In this document: positions 1 to 9,097 of the stretch, in pieces
How positions within the stretch are numbered: position 1 is the first letter of the stretch
Layout: each line of letters starts with the position of its first letter
Assembly (NCBI GenBank): GCA_964444295.1
Contig: CAYUGO010000002.1
Location: 1 to 40,446, forward strand
Direction of reading: 5' to 3'
DNA: 40,446 bases
Source of the DNA: an uncultured Gammaproteobacteria bacterium
Lineage (GTDB): Bacteria > Patescibacteriota > Microgenomatia > CAYXHB01
The notes under the pieces: generated by a model
Seen by the model: only the letters and a program-made list of their open reading frames with translations
What the model was told of the DNA's origin: nothing
Databases searched by the model: none
Program-made: the position numbers and the translations under genes

Positions 1-331
1 TTGGCCGATAAGGAATTAAACTATTCGATCATGGCTGAAGTCAGATGTCTTGGTTGCTCCCATCTGGGGGCACAGAATAATAAGACTAATTGGGGTTGGG
101 TTTGATGTTTTTATATTATGTATGCTGGAGTGCAGACAAGAATATGGTATTTTTTGATTGGGTTTTTTATCTGCAGACTTGCAAATTCTGAATGACGGTA
201 AAGAAAGTGCTAATCTCTTAATATTGCACGTCATCCAGAGCGTAGCGAAGGATCTAGGAGATTTTTTGGGTATCTGTTCGTCATCCTTTGAATGATCAAG
301 GCAGATATTTTTATTGGTAGATTGAGAAGTA

Positions 332-1126
332 TTATTTGCGGTGGCGGAGAGTGAGAGGTTTGTGGTCAGACTCGGAGGTGAGGATGATGCGGGTGTATGT
401 TTTGGTTTCTTGGTTTGTTGGATGGTGAGAAATACTGACTTGGGGATTATTTAATAGTTCTATATGGTGATTTAATGAATCGGGATTGCTGGCAAATGTT
501 TGGAAGGATTGCCGGTCATAAAATGGGGGTAAGTGGGGTGTGTGAAAATTGGCTTTGTTGCCGATAACTGAGAGTCGAGATTGAAGTTGGAAAATTTCCT
601 CTGGGGTAAGATCTTGGTTGTTTGGGCCGAAAAGGCTATAAGGAAAGGTTCGAGATAGTAATCCCCAATGGATATTAATGGCTAATTGTTTTTTGGTTGG
701 ATTGGTTTCGATTTCATTTGATGTGTTTAATGTTGCTCTTTGATATTTTGAAGTTACAGCAGTAATTAACGGGGGAAAGTTGCATTGTTGTTTTAATTCT
801 GGAGAATACGGCGGATCAAGTTCATGTAAGAATTGAAGGCATTTTTCCATTCGCTTGGAGTAGCCTAATTGCCAATTGGTATCTAAAATACGTTCAATGG
901 ATGATTCGTTGCCCGGAGCAACTTGGGTTGTCTGAGGTGATTGGTCGGGTTGAGCTGTTTGTATTTGCCAACAGATGTCACAAAGTTGGTCGTCAATTCG
1001 TGGAGGGATTAAAACGGAGATTTTGGTGTTTGGTGATTCAGCAGGGGTATCAATTATTCCCTGGTTTATTTCTATTAGAATATCGCGGGCAATTTCGTAA
1101 GGACGAGGAATTGGTTCGATCCTCAT
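332..1126 (-). CDS. hypothetical protein (264 aa), close-coupled downstream of the tyrosine recombinase
   Basis: Uninterrupted ORF. Its start codon lies 3 nt after the recombinase stop (1130-1132). I recognise no motif. It is Pro/Gln/Thr/Asn-rich like the other minus-strand products here. Confidence 0.5.
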   Translation of the reverse strand: MRIEPIPRPYEIARDILIEINQGIIDTPAESPNTKISVLIPPRIDDQLCDICWQIQTAQPDQSPQTTQVAPGNESSIERILDTNWQLGYSKRMEKCLQFLHELDPPYSPELKQQCNFPPLITAVTSKYQRATLNTSNEIETNPTKKQLAINIHWGLLSRTFPYSLFGPNNQDLTPEEIFQLQSRLSVIGNKANFHTPHLPPFYDRQSFQTFASNPDSLNHHIELLNNPQVSISHHPTNQETKTYTRIILTSESDHKPLTLRHRK

Positions 1127-1129
1127 GTA

Positions 1130-2029
1130 TTAGAGTTCGCGGAGTTTATGTGAAGCGGAGGAGAATTTGTCTTTGATGAAATTTAGATATTTTTCGGTAG
1201 TAGACAGGCGTTTGTGTCCGGCTAGGCTAGAGATGTAAACGAGTGAAGCTCCATTAGCAAGGTGAGTAGCAATCCATGTGTGGCGTAGATCGTTAACTTT
1301 GGCGTCTTTGATACCTGCAAGTCGGAAATATCGATTGATTGAAGTGCGGATATTGCGGACGAGGAGGGCACGGTTGTTTTTGGTGACGAAAAGATAGTCG
1401 TTGGGTTTGCCATTTGGTCGAATAGCGAGCCAGTTTTCGATTGCAGTTTGAGCGGCTTGATTAAGTGGCACAGTCCGACCTGGTTGAGATTCGTAAGGAG
1501 GGACTTCGAGTTGGTCTTTGTGGAGGTGTTGGAGTTTAAGTAGTGAAAGTTCTCCAATGCGGATACCTGTTTGGAGTAAAATTTCGATGATGGCAGCGGT
1601 ACGGATATCGCCTCGAGCTGCATCTCTTAATGCTCTGTATTCAAGTTGAGTAAGGATACGAGGAGCCTTGGTTTCGTATTTGGGATGTTTGACGTTTTCG
1701 GCGGGATTAAGAGCTAGGCCTGTTTGTTGTTTGAGATATCGGAAAAAAGTTTTGATAGAATTAATTTTGCGAGAAATGCTTTTGGCTGTGTAGCCTGTGC
1801 TGTTAAGAAAATCTTTAAAAGCATTGAGATGTTCGGGTTCGATTTTGTCTGCTTGGTCTATTTGGTGCTCTTTGAGGACAAATTGAATCAATTGATCAAT
1901 ATCCTTACCATAGGCAAGCACTGTTGAGGTAGAGCGGTTGAGACCTTGAAGATGTTTGACGAATTCTTTATGGGCTTGTTGAAGCTCAAGAAGAGATTCT
2001 TGGGAGTCGGTTTTGGTTTTTTTGTCCAT
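1130..2029 (-). CDS. site-specific tyrosine recombinase, XerC/XerD (phage integrase) family
   Basis: 299 aa. An N-terminal core-binding region is followed by a catalytic domain with GIRIGEL (Arg I), NDLRHTWIATHL (H-x-x-R box), LAGH and STTEKY (catalytic Tyr). Confidence 0.85.
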   Translation of the reverse strand: MDKKTKTDSQESLLELQQAHKEFVKHLQGLNRSTSTVLAYGKDIDQLIQFVLKEHQIDQADKIEPEHLNAFKDFLNSTGYTAKSISRKINSIKTFFRYLKQQTGLALNPAENVKHPKYETKAPRILTQLEYRALRDAARGDIRTAAIIEILLQTGIRIGELSLLKLQHLHKDQLEVPPYESQPGRTVPLNQAAQTAIENWLAIRPNGKPNDYLFVTKNNRALLVRNIRTSINRYFRLAGIKDAKVNDLRHTWIATHLANGASLVYISSLAGHKRLSTTEKYLNFIKDKFSSASHKLREL

Positions 2030-2208
2030 GATTTTTGTGAAATAGTTGCTTGTTTATGAAGCAATTGCCGATTATATAGAGTCTTATAATATTTTGCAAG
2101 GGTTGGTTGGGACCAAAATATTTTTCTGTCTAAAAGTTGGCAGTGAAGGTAAAATATATTGGTCAAATTTAATTATATAGATCAGCATTTGTTTATATAG
2201 TAGTGTTT

Positions 2209-2241
2209 ATGCATATTCAAGATGCATAATTTGGAATGCAT
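2209..2241. promoter_or_regulatory. three ATGCAT palindromes spaced 13 and 14 bp apart in the divergent recombinase / ftsB-like intergenic region (candidate operator)
   Basis: ATGCAT occurs at 2209-2214, 2222-2227 and 2236-2241, within a 268-bp AT-rich divergent promoter region. Confidence 0.3.
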
Positions 2242-2297
2242 TTTTGGAAGTTATGATGAATATGATGTACGATAATAATGTTAATTAAAATTTATTT

Positions 2298-2594
2298 ATG
2301 AAGAGAAAATTGGCTAAATTAGGATTGGTTTTGGGGGTATTTGTATATCTTATAGTTTTATTGGTGCGAAATGTTGAGGTGCAAAAAAAGGCTAATGATT
2401 CATTGGAAGCGCTAGAATCGAGTGTTAAAGCTGAAGGTCGAGAACGAGTAAAATTGCAAAAAGAAGTGGAGCGGGCAAAGACTGATGAGTTTATCGAAGA
2501 GCAGGCTAGAGATACGCTTAATATGGTTAAAGAAGGCGAGACTGTATTGATTATGCCTGAGAACTTACCCAAAATTGTGGAAGATCAGGAGTAG
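2298..2594 (+). CDS. ftsB: septum formation initiator, FtsB/DivIC family
   Basis: 98 aa. It has an N-terminal TM helix (LGLVLGVFVYLIVLLV), a coiled-coil segment, and the family-typical C-terminal DEFIEEQARDTLNMVKEGETVL. Confidence 0.7.
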   Translation: MKRKLAKLGLVLGVFVYLIVLLVRNVEVQKKANDSLEALESSVKAEGRERVKLQKEVERAKTDEFIEEQARDTLNMVKEGETVLIMPENLPKIVEDQE

Positions 2595-2595
2595 G

Positions 2596-2667
2596 TGGCT
2601 ACGGGAGGACTTGAACCTCCGACATGACGCTTATGAAACGTCCGCTCTGCCCCTGAGCTACGTAGCC
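2596..2667 (-). tRNA. tRNA-Met (anticodon CAU), elongator type
   Basis: The reverse complement folds as a 72-nt cloverleaf: GGCTACG TA GCTC-AGGGGCA-GAGC G GACGT-TTCATAA-GCGTC ATGTC GGAGG-TTCAAGT-CCTCC CGTAGCC A. G1-C72 is paired. The acceptor stem matches the E. coli elongator tRNA-Met as I remember it. CCA is not encoded. Confidence 0.85.
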
Positions 2668-2714
2668 GTGTTGGGGATATTCTAGCAAAGCTGTAGTCTG
2701 TAAGGAAGAGCATG

Positions 2715-2723
2715 TGTTACAAT
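2715..2723 (+). promoter_or_regulatory. extended -10 element (TGtTACAAT) upstream of the second tRNA
   Basis: TGTTACAAT ends 10 nt before the tRNA 5' end at 2734. I see no convincing -35. Confidence 0.3.
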
Positions 2724-2733
2724 TTGCGTTGCA

Positions 2734-2806
2734 TGCGGGGTAGTGTACGGCTGCACGAGAGGCTCATAATCTCTCAGACCGGGTTCGACTCCCGGCTCCG
2801 CAACCA
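2734..2806 (+). tRNA. tRNA with CAU anticodon and an initiator-like acceptor stem (candidate tRNA-fMet; tRNA-Ile2 not excluded)
   Basis: 73-nt cloverleaf: TGCGGGG TA GTGT-ACGGCT-GCAC G AGAGG-CTCATAA-TCTCT CAGA CCGGG-TTCGACT-CCCGG CTCCGCA A CCA. GCGGGG/CxCCGC plus A73 resembles the bacterial initiator. However 1:72 is U:A and the anticodon stem lacks the three consecutive G:C pairs. CCA is encoded. Confidence 0.8.
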
Positions 2807-2810
2807 AGAT

Positions 2811-3137
2811 ATGGCTAGATTTAAAAATAGCCCAGAGTCGGGCTTTATAACGAGGTTGTTAACAGGTAGAGATGGAGTTAATAATGAGTTTGAGGTGGTG
2901 ATAAAACAACCCTGGGATGGAGAGGTGTGGACGTCTGCTGCCAAGGATGAAAGAGTAGTATCTGATTATCGGGAAGGGCCTTGGGGATTTGTGGCGGATA
3001 GACAAGCAGGTGAGGAGAGGATAAGGAGAAGTGAAATCTTTGTTTATGGGGTAATATCTGGACCAACTGGTTATGTTGTAGTTGATAACGTGATTGATAT
3101 AAAGGGAGAGACTAAGTTTTATGTTGATGAGTTTTAA
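2811..3137 (+). CDS. hypothetical protein (108 aa)
   Basis: The track ORF 2712-3137 overlaps the tRNA, so I trimmed it to the in-frame ATG at 2811, just after the tRNA. No motif recognised. Confidence 0.45.
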   Translation: MARFKNSPESGFITRLLTGRDGVNNEFEVVIKQPWDGEVWTSAAKDERVVSDYREGPWGFVADRQAGEERIRRSEIFVYGVISGPTGYVVVDNVIDIKGETKFYVDEF

Positions 3138-3153
3138 TTTTCCTTAATGGTAT

Positions 3154-4224
3154 ATGTTTGGTGATGATGTAGAGTTTGAACCTTTGAGTTTTATCATAAT
3201 TGGAGCTGGGCAAGTTGTGAGTAAGTATTGGATTAGGGCAAGTCGTGAAGGATTAGTGAGAATTGTAAAAATTGTAGGATTAGAATCTGAAGATGTAGCA
3301 AAGGGAAATTTTGGAAATGGAAAATGGAATTATGAACAAACAAGAGGGACTGAACAGACGATAGAGATAATTAGTAAGTTGGTTAAAAATAAAAATGTTG
3401 ATGTGGCATTGGTAATCCCGCCTCGAGATAGACTGGAGATAATTAAAGCGTTGAGTGATGAGGGATTGCGAATGAGAGTTTTTGTGGAGAAACCATATGC
3501 TGATAATTTGGTTGATTTAGATGAATATAAAAAACTGATAACGGAAGATGAATTAGTTAAGTTTCATTTTGCTGGTAAATATGCCAATGGAAGAGCAAAT
3601 ATTTTGTATGGGCAGTTGCCTAAGGACAAATTACCCCTGTTGATGGAGATGAGTTTAATTGAGGGAAGTGAGTATTATCAGTATGTAATTGATAGAATTT
3701 GGAAAGAAGGTACACATCCGTATCTGGAAATTGGACCTGAGTTGGATTTGGGGTTTCATTTGTTGGATATTGGATCAACTTGGGCTAGAACTAGGGGAAG
3801 GAGTAATTGGAAGTTGATTGAAGCTCGGGAGTTGTCTGATGTTAATAAATCTTTTGGGAAAGGTTTTGGCGTAAGTGCTAAATTAGAGTTAGAAGTTGAG
3901 GGGTATAAGATTGAAGTTTTGGTAAAGGCAGGTAAGGGTGATGTGGAGAATGAAAGATTTGTAAAATTTAAATATGATGATGGAAGAGTTTATGTCCAAA
4001 ATTATAGTGTTGGAGGTGCAAATGATGTGGTGTCTGTGGAGAAGAATGGCGTTATAAAAGAATTAGATAGACATGAGGATGATTATAATTATTATGCGTA
4101 TGAATTGAGAAGGGATTTGTTTGCAAATCAGTCAAGAGAAGAACAGTTGGGAAGATTGGAAGTTAATGAAATTTGTTTGCGGATGAAAGAGATGAGATTA
4201 GACAGGGATTTGGGTGGGGAATAA
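3154..4224 (+). CDS. Gfo/Idh/MocA-like NAD(P)-dependent oxidoreductase (tentative)
   Basis: 356 aa. It has an N-terminal Rossmann-type IIIGAGQVV and a VEKPYA (EKP) motif about 100 aa downstream, as in the Gfo/Idh/MocA family. Confidence 0.5.
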   Translation: MFGDDVEFEPLSFIIIGAGQVVSKYWIRASREGLVRIVKIVGLESEDVAKGNFGNGKWNYEQTRGTEQTIEIISKLVKNKNVDVALVIPPRDRLEIIKALSDEGLRMRVFVEKPYADNLVDLDEYKKLITEDELVKFHFAGKYANGRANILYGQLPKDKLPLLMEMSLIEGSEYYQYVIDRIWKEGTHPYLEIGPELDLGFHLLDIGSTWARTRGRSNWKLIEARELSDVNKSFGKGFGVSAKLELEVEGYKIEVLVKAGKGDVENERFVKFKYDDGRVYVQNYSVGGANDVVSVEKNGVIKELDRHEDDYNYYAYELRRDLFANQSREEQLGRLEVNEICLRMKEMRLDRDLGGE

Positions 4225-4250
4225 TATGATTTGATGTTAGAATTCTGGAT

Positions 4251-4580
4251 ATGGAAGAAATAACTATTGATGATTTTGCAAAGGTAGAGATTCGAGCAGG
4301 CTTGGTTGAAGAAGCTATGGTGGTTGAAAAGAGTGATAAGTTGATTAGGTTGAGGGTTAGATTCGGGGAGGATGAAGTTAGGACTATTTTTAGCGGGATT
4401 CGTAAGTGGTATTCTCCTGAGGATTTGATAAATAAGAAGTTTGGTTTTGTTTATAATTTGAAGCCAAGATCGATGATGGGTGAGGAGAGCTGTGGGATGA
4501 TTATGGCGTTTGATGATGAAGAAAGAGCAATTTTGTGGGAGGTGTCTGAATGTGTAGCAATGGGAGCTTTGGTGAGGTAA
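4251..4580 (+). CDS. tRNA-binding domain protein (CsaA/Trbp111-like OB fold)
   Basis: 109 aa. DFAKVEIRAGLV...KLIRLRV.FGE...IFSGIRKWY.PEDLI.KK..FV.NLKPR.MMGEES.GMI is the pattern of the MetRS C-terminal/CsaA tRNA-binding domain. Confidence 0.75.
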   Translation: MEEITIDDFAKVEIRAGLVEEAMVVEKSDKLIRLRVRFGEDEVRTIFSGIRKWYSPEDLINKKFGFVYNLKPRSMMGEESCGMIMAFDDEERAILWEVSECVAMGALVR

Positions 4581-4630
4581 ATCCCCTGAAGGGTTGATTG
4601 TATTTGCATGATATTATATAAAAGCTAGTT

Positions 4631-6469
4631 ATGGCTAAGAATAGTTCCAAAAAACAAGTTAAGATGCAGATGAAGTTCAATTTGCGGAGTATTTTGGTGT
4701 GGTTGTTGGTACTTCTAGTGGGATTTCCAATTTTGGCAAGTATGGTACGGCAGCCAACTGCTGATAAAGAGATAACTTTGACGGAGGCTTTGCGGGCTAT
4801 TAAAGAAGGCAATGTGGAGGAAGTATTAGTAGACGGCGAGTTGTTGAACTTGACGTATAAGGATGGAAATGTGCGAGTGGCTCGCAAAGAGGGCACTGCG
4901 AATGTAACGGAGATTTTGAGTAATGCAGATATAGATCCATTGGCTTCTCAGATAAAGATCAAAGATGCTTCGATGTCTAAGGTATGGACTGATTTGTTGT
5001 TTTCGTTATTGCCGATTGTGGGAATGGCAATTTTACTTTTGTTTTTGTTTAGGCAGGCCCGAGGAGCACAAGACTCGGTGTTTAGTTTTGGGCAGAGTAA
5101 GGCAAAGCTATTTGATAAAGGGAAGCAGAGTGTGAAATTTGCTGATGTGGCGGGGGTTGATGAAGCTAAGAATGAACTTGAAGAAGTGGTGGATTTTTTG
5201 AAATTTCCTGCTAAGTACAAAGCAGTTGGAGCACGAACGCCCAAGGGCGTGTTGTTGGTGGGTCCAAGTGGTGTAGGTAAGACTCTATTGGCTCGAGCTG
5301 TAGCTGGTGAGGCTGGTGTGCCGTTCTATTCGATGGCAGGTTCAGAGTTTATGGAGATGTTGGTGGGAGTTGGAGCTAGTCGAGTAAGAGATTTGTTTTT
5401 GACTGCTAAGAAGAATGCCCCAGCAATTATTTTTATTGATGAAATTGATGCGATTGGGCGACAGAGAGGAAGCGGATTTGCGAGTGGAGCTCATGATGAA
5501 CGTGAGCAAACGTTGAATCAGATATTAGTTGAGATGGATGGGTTTACACCAAATGATAATGTGATTGTGTTAGCTGCTACAAACAGAGGGGATTTGTTGG
5601 ATAGTGCATTATTGAGACCCGGCAGGTTTGATCGACGGGTAAATTTGGAATTGCCTGATGTAGATGGACGCAAACATATATTGCAAATTCATGCTAAAGG
5701 GAAACCTTTTGCAAAAAATGTTGATTGGACTAAAGTGGCTAGACAAACAGTAGGTTTTTCTGGAGCTGATATTGAGAATATGTTGAATGAAGCAGCAATT
5801 CAGGCAGCTAAAAATGACCGGAAAGAGATATTGCCTCCAGATATAGAGGAAGCTGCAACTAAGGTAAAAATGGGTCCAGAGAAGAGGAGACTGCAAACTG
5901 ATTTTGAGAAGAAGATGACAGCATATCATGAAGCGGGACATGCTCTGGTGAGCTTTTATATGCCTCATGTTGACCCAGTACATAGGATAAGTATTGTTTC
6001 TCGGGGTATTGCTTTGGGGTATACGATGGTTAATCCGGAGAGAGATAGGGTTCATGAAACTCAATCGCAGCTTGAGGATATGATGGCTATGATGCTTGGA
6101 GGTAGAGCGGCTGAGGAAGTGGTATTTAGTGAGTTTACTGGTGGAGCTGTTAGTGATTTGCAAAGAGCAACCATGGTAGCCCGAAATATGGTGATGATGT
6201 TTGGAATGAGTAAACTGGGGCCTGTATATTACGGGAGACCTAACGAGGGAATGCTTGAAAGAGGTGCTGTATCTGATGAAATGCTAGCCAAAATTGATGT
6301 GGAGGTGGGTAAATCTTTGGATAAGGCATATCAGCGAGCGTTGGTAGTTTTGAAGGATAAACGGGATAAGTTGGACTTGGTAGCTAATAAATTACTTGAA
6401 ATTGAGACTTTGGAAGGAGACGAGTTTGCAACTTTGATTGGGGAGGAGAGACCGAAAGTCGAGCAATAG
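4631..6469 (+). CDS. ftsH: ATP-dependent zinc metalloprotease FtsH
   Basis: 612 aa. It has two N-terminal TM segments, Walker A GPSGVGKT, Walker [10 protein letters not shown], the second region of homology [19 protein letters not shown], and the zinc motif HEAGHA. Confidence 0.95.
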   Translation: MAKNSSKKQVKMQMKFNLRSILVWLLVLLVGFPILASMVRQPTADKEITLTEALRAIKEGNVEEVLVDGELLNLTYKDGNVRVARKEGTANVTEILSNADIDPLASQIKIKDASMSKVWTDLLFSLLPIVGMAILLLFLFRQARGAQDSVFSFGQSKAKLFDKGKQSVKFADVAGVDEAKNELEEVVDFLKFPAKYKAVGARTPKGVLLVGPSGVGKTLLARAVAGEAGVPFYSMAGSEFMEMLVGVGASRVRDLFLTAKKNAPAIIFIDEIDAIGRQRGSGFASGAHDEREQTLNQILVEMDGFTPNDNVIVLAATNRGDLLDSALLRPGRFDRRVNLELPDVDGRKHILQIHAKGKPFAKNVDWTKVARQTVGFSGADIENMLNEAAIQAAKNDRKEILPPDIEEAATKVKMGPEKRRLQTDFEKKMTAYHEAGHALVSFYMPHVDPVHRISIVSRGIALGYTMVNPERDRVHETQSQLEDMMAMMLGGRAAEEVVFSEFTGGAVSDLQRATMVARNMVMMFGMSKLGPVYYGRPNEGMLERGAVSDEMLAKIDVEVGKSLDKAYQRALVVLKDKRDKLDLVANKLLEIETLEGDEFATLIGEERPKVEQ

Positions 6470-6489
6470 ATATTTGGTACAATTGAGCG

Positions 6490-7410
6490 ATGGCAGATAA
6501 GAAGAAATTATTATTGGTTGATGGGAGTGCTTTGATTCATCGAGCTTATCATGCGATGCCTGAGTTGAGTGATGCCCAGGGAAATCAAATCGGAGCGGTT
6601 TATGGGGTGGCGAGAATGTTGGTTAGAGCTATTCAAGATTTGGGACCCAGTCATGTAGTGGTGGCTTTGGATCGACCAGAGCCTACATTTCGAAAAGAAC
6701 TATTTATTGGTTATCAGGCAAATAGACCGCCAAGTGATGAGAAACTTGTGGAGCAATTTGGTAAGACGCGGGAGTTATTGGCTGCAATGAAAATGGTGGT
6801 TTTGGATAAAGCTGGTTTTGAGGCTGATGATGTGATTGGAACTCTGTGTGTGAGAGCGGTAGAGAGTAATCAATTTGAAAGTGTAGTAGTTGTGACTGGA
6901 GATAAGGATTTGATGCAATTGGTAAATGATAAAGTGAGTTTGTATATGCCGGTAAGGGGGATGAGTGAGACTGAGGTGGTAGATAACGCAAGGGTCTTGG
7001 AACGGTTGGGAATTAGGTCAGACCAAGTAGTTGATTACAAGGCTTTGGTGGGGGATGGAAGCGATAATTATCCTGGTGTTTATGGTATTGGTCCTAAAAC
7101 TGCAATAGATTTGCTGGCAAAATATGACAAGTATTCTGAAATTTGGAATCATATAGAAGAATTACCGAAAAACTTGGTAGGGAAATTAGAAAAAGGGCGT
7201 CAAGGAGGAGATTTGTCATATGTTTTGGCGACCATTAAAAAAGATGTTGAGATTGAAATAAATTGGTCTAAGTCAATTATTAATCAGAATTTAGGAAGTT
7301 ATTCTGAAGTTTTGAGGAATTTTGGGTTGAAAAGTTTGGCAAATCAATTAATTGAAGTGAAAAAGGATGAGGAATTAAAGACGGATCAGATTGGACTTTT
7401 TGAGGGATAA
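6490..7410 (+). CDS. standalone 5'-3' exonuclease (Pol I N-terminal / FEN-like)
   Basis: 306 aa. LLLVDGSALIHRAYHA, GFEADDVIGT, TGDKDLMQLV and GDGSDNYPGV.GIGPKTA (H3TH) are present. There is no polymerase domain. Confidence 0.85.
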   Translation: MADKKKLLLVDGSALIHRAYHAMPELSDAQGNQIGAVYGVARMLVRAIQDLGPSHVVVALDRPEPTFRKELFIGYQANRPPSDEKLVEQFGKTRELLAAMKMVVLDKAGFEADDVIGTLCVRAVESNQFESVVVVTGDKDLMQLVNDKVSLYMPVRGMSETEVVDNARVLERLGIRSDQVVDYKALVGDGSDNYPGVYGIGPKTAIDLLAKYDKYSEIWNHIEELPKNLVGKLEKGRQGGDLSYVLATIKKDVEIEINWSKSIINQNLGSYSEVLRNFGLKSLANQLIEVKKDEELKTDQIGLFEG

Positions 7411-7482
7411 TAATTATCTAACAAATTTAAACTAAAATACAGAATGGATTTGTAAGTAAATTTTTCTTATACACAAAGTAAG

Positions 7483-7923
7483 GTGTTTACAGAAAACTTG
7501 CTTTTTGATTCACGAGTGCTTGATGTTAATGGAATTGATAATTTAAGGAGAGCAAATTATGTTGAGAAAATTAGTGCAAAGTATCTGATGTCTCGAGGGC
7601 TTGAAGTGGTTAGAGAACCATATTTTTTTAGTGCTAAGTTTGTTCATCCAATTAAAGGAGGAGAAGAGCAGGAGTATAAACACTTGCCAGATTTTGCGGT
7701 TAGAAATCCGCGAAGACCAGATGCTCATTGGGCTTTTATTGAGGTGACCAGTGCTATACAGTCTAGGTTGCCAAGTAAGAGAGAAGTTGATGTCTTTGAT
7801 ACAAATATTGATGTATCAAAAGTAAGACAGTTTAGAGTGATGCAAGACTATCCTGAAGTAAGGTATGTCCAAATTGGAAGGGAAAAGGTTCAACGGTGGG
7901 TGATAAAAATAGGGTTGCGTTAA
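7483..7923 (+). CDS. hypothetical protein, possible PD-(D/E)xK nuclease fold
   Basis: 146 aa with a GTG start. LPDFAV ... AFIEVTS loosely resembles a PD...ExK core, but the support is weak. Confidence 0.4.
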   Translation: MFTENLLFDSRVLDVNGIDNLRRANYVEKISAKYLMSRGLEVVREPYFFSAKFVHPIKGGEEQEYKHLPDFAVRNPRRPDAHWAFIEVTSAIQSRLPSKREVDVFDTNIDVSKVRQFRVMQDYPEVRYVQIGREKVQRWVIKIGLR

Positions 7924-7949
7924 ATTAACATGCTACAATTTAGTTCAGA

Positions 7950-9068
7950 ATGATAAACAAGAAATTGAAAGTAGCTTTGGTTCATGATTATATTAAGGAG
8001 TTTGGTGGGGCAGAGAGGGTGTTAAGGGTTTTGGCTGATATGTTTGTTGATGCACCGATTTATACTGCGTTTGTTAAGGCAGGATCAAGTGCAGAGAAGG
8101 AGTTTCAAGATCGAAAAATAATTGAATGGAAACATTCGTGGTTAATAAAGCATAAGAATATGCATAGCCCGCTACGGTTTTTGATTCCTAATATTTGGGA
8201 GAGTTTTGATTTTTCTGATTATGATTTGGTAATCAGTAGTGCATCAGGGTATATAACTAAGGGAATCATAACAAGTGCCAGGACTTTGCATGTGTGTTAT
8301 TGTCATACGCCACCAAGATTTTTGTATGGTTACAATACGCCAAGTGACTGGCGACGATCAGGATTAGTGAGAATGTATGGAGAGATGCTGATTGGAAGGT
8401 TACGTAGGTATGATTACTGGGCTGCTCAAAGGCCTGATATTTTGGTTGTAAACTCCAAAGAAGTTAAGCGTAGGACAACTAAGTTTTATCGTAGAGATGC
8501 ACAAGTAATTTACCCACCCGTTGAAGTTGAGAAGTTGCATAAATTATCTGCTGGTTTGAAGAAGCAGAATTACTATTTGATTGTTGCAAGATTAGTTGGA
8601 ACTAAAGGGTTGGAGCTAGCGTTGGAGGTGCAGAAGAAAATGGGATTTGATTTGAAAATTGTTGGTGAATCGGTGGGGCGAGAATGGCAAGGGAGAGAGG
8701 ACGGAAATGGGGTTACTTGGTTGGGTCGAGTTAGTGATAAGGAACTGGCTAAATTATATGGCGAGGCGAAGGTTTTTTTGGCGTTGGCTCAGGATGAGGA
8801 TTTTGGGATGACTGTAGTCGAAGCAATGGCGAGTGAGACGGGGGTGATTGCTTATAATGGGGGAGGATATAAGGAAACCGTGGTGGATGGGAAAACAGGA
8901 GTTTTGTTTGAAGATTATTCGGTGAAGGGGTTGGTTGAAGCCATTGAAAAATTTGGGAAAATGAAAATTAAGCAAAGTGATTGTTATATTCAAGCAAAGA
9001 AATTCGGACGAGAAAAGTTCGAGGAGGAGATATTAGAGGTGATTGATAAAGGTTTGCGTGATATGTAA
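7950..9068 (+). CDS. glycosyltransferase family 4 (GT-B, retaining)
   Basis: 372 aa. It has an N-terminal GGAERV and a C-terminal E-x7-E region, EDFGMTVVEAMASETGVIAYNGGGYKETVVDGKTGVLFE. Confidence 0.85.
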   Translation: MINKKLKVALVHDYIKEFGGAERVLRVLADMFVDAPIYTAFVKAGSSAEKEFQDRKIIEWKHSWLIKHKNMHSPLRFLIPNIWESFDFSDYDLVISSASGYITKGIITSARTLHVCYCHTPPRFLYGYNTPSDWRRSGLVRMYGEMLIGRLRRYDYWAAQRPDILVVNSKEVKRRTTKFYRRDAQVIYPPVEVEKLHKLSAGLKKQNYYLIVARLVGTKGLELALEVQKKMGFDLKIVGESVGREWQGREDGNGVTWLGRVSDKELAKLYGEAKVFLALAQDEDFGMTVVEAMASETGVIAYNGGGYKETVVDGKTGVLFEDYSVKGLVEAIEKFGKMKIKQSDCYIQAKKFGREKFEEEILEVIDKGLRDM

Positions 9069-9097
9069 ATAAGAGGGGAGTATGTTAGTATTTGGCC

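Noticed and set aside
16-234. A 72-aa minus-strand ORF at the left edge.
   Set aside because: It has no recognisable motif and an implausible composition. It sits in a region that may be the 3' flank of the 264-aa gene. The evidence is not sufficient to call a gene.
233-300. The sequence cgtcatccagagcgtagcgaaggatc, followed 46 nt later by cgtcatcctttgaatgatc. It is reminiscent of a short motif I have seen repeated in uncultivated-bacteria genomes.
   Set aside because: I cannot verify family membership or function from memory, and it occurs only once in this window. I mention it only as context in the recombinase finding.
901-1176. Plus-strand ORFs spanning gene junctions or lying opposite secreted-protein genes. 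Examples are 901-1176, 23218-23520, 24620-24973, and 30830-31153 with 35762-36085.
   Set aside because: They are Gly/Val/Trp-rich translations produced by reading the G/T-rich plus strand opposite well-supported minus-strand genes. They show no motifs and no independent support.
2712-2810. The N-terminal 33 codons of track ORF 2712-3137.
   Set aside because: This stretch is almost entirely the well-folded tRNA gene at 2734-2806. I trimmed the CDS to the in-frame ATG at 2811.
5609-6163. Long antisense ORFs inside well-supported genes. Examples are 4501-4896, 4948-5244, 5609-6163, 15228-15656, 16591-16986, 18502-18921, 1222-1623, 27190-27684 with 32122-32616, and 28072-28446 with 33004-33378.
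   Set aside because: Each lies opposite a gene with strong family motifs and has low-complexity, motif-free translations. The extreme strand skew depletes stop codons in some antisense frames, so such shadow ORFs are expected.
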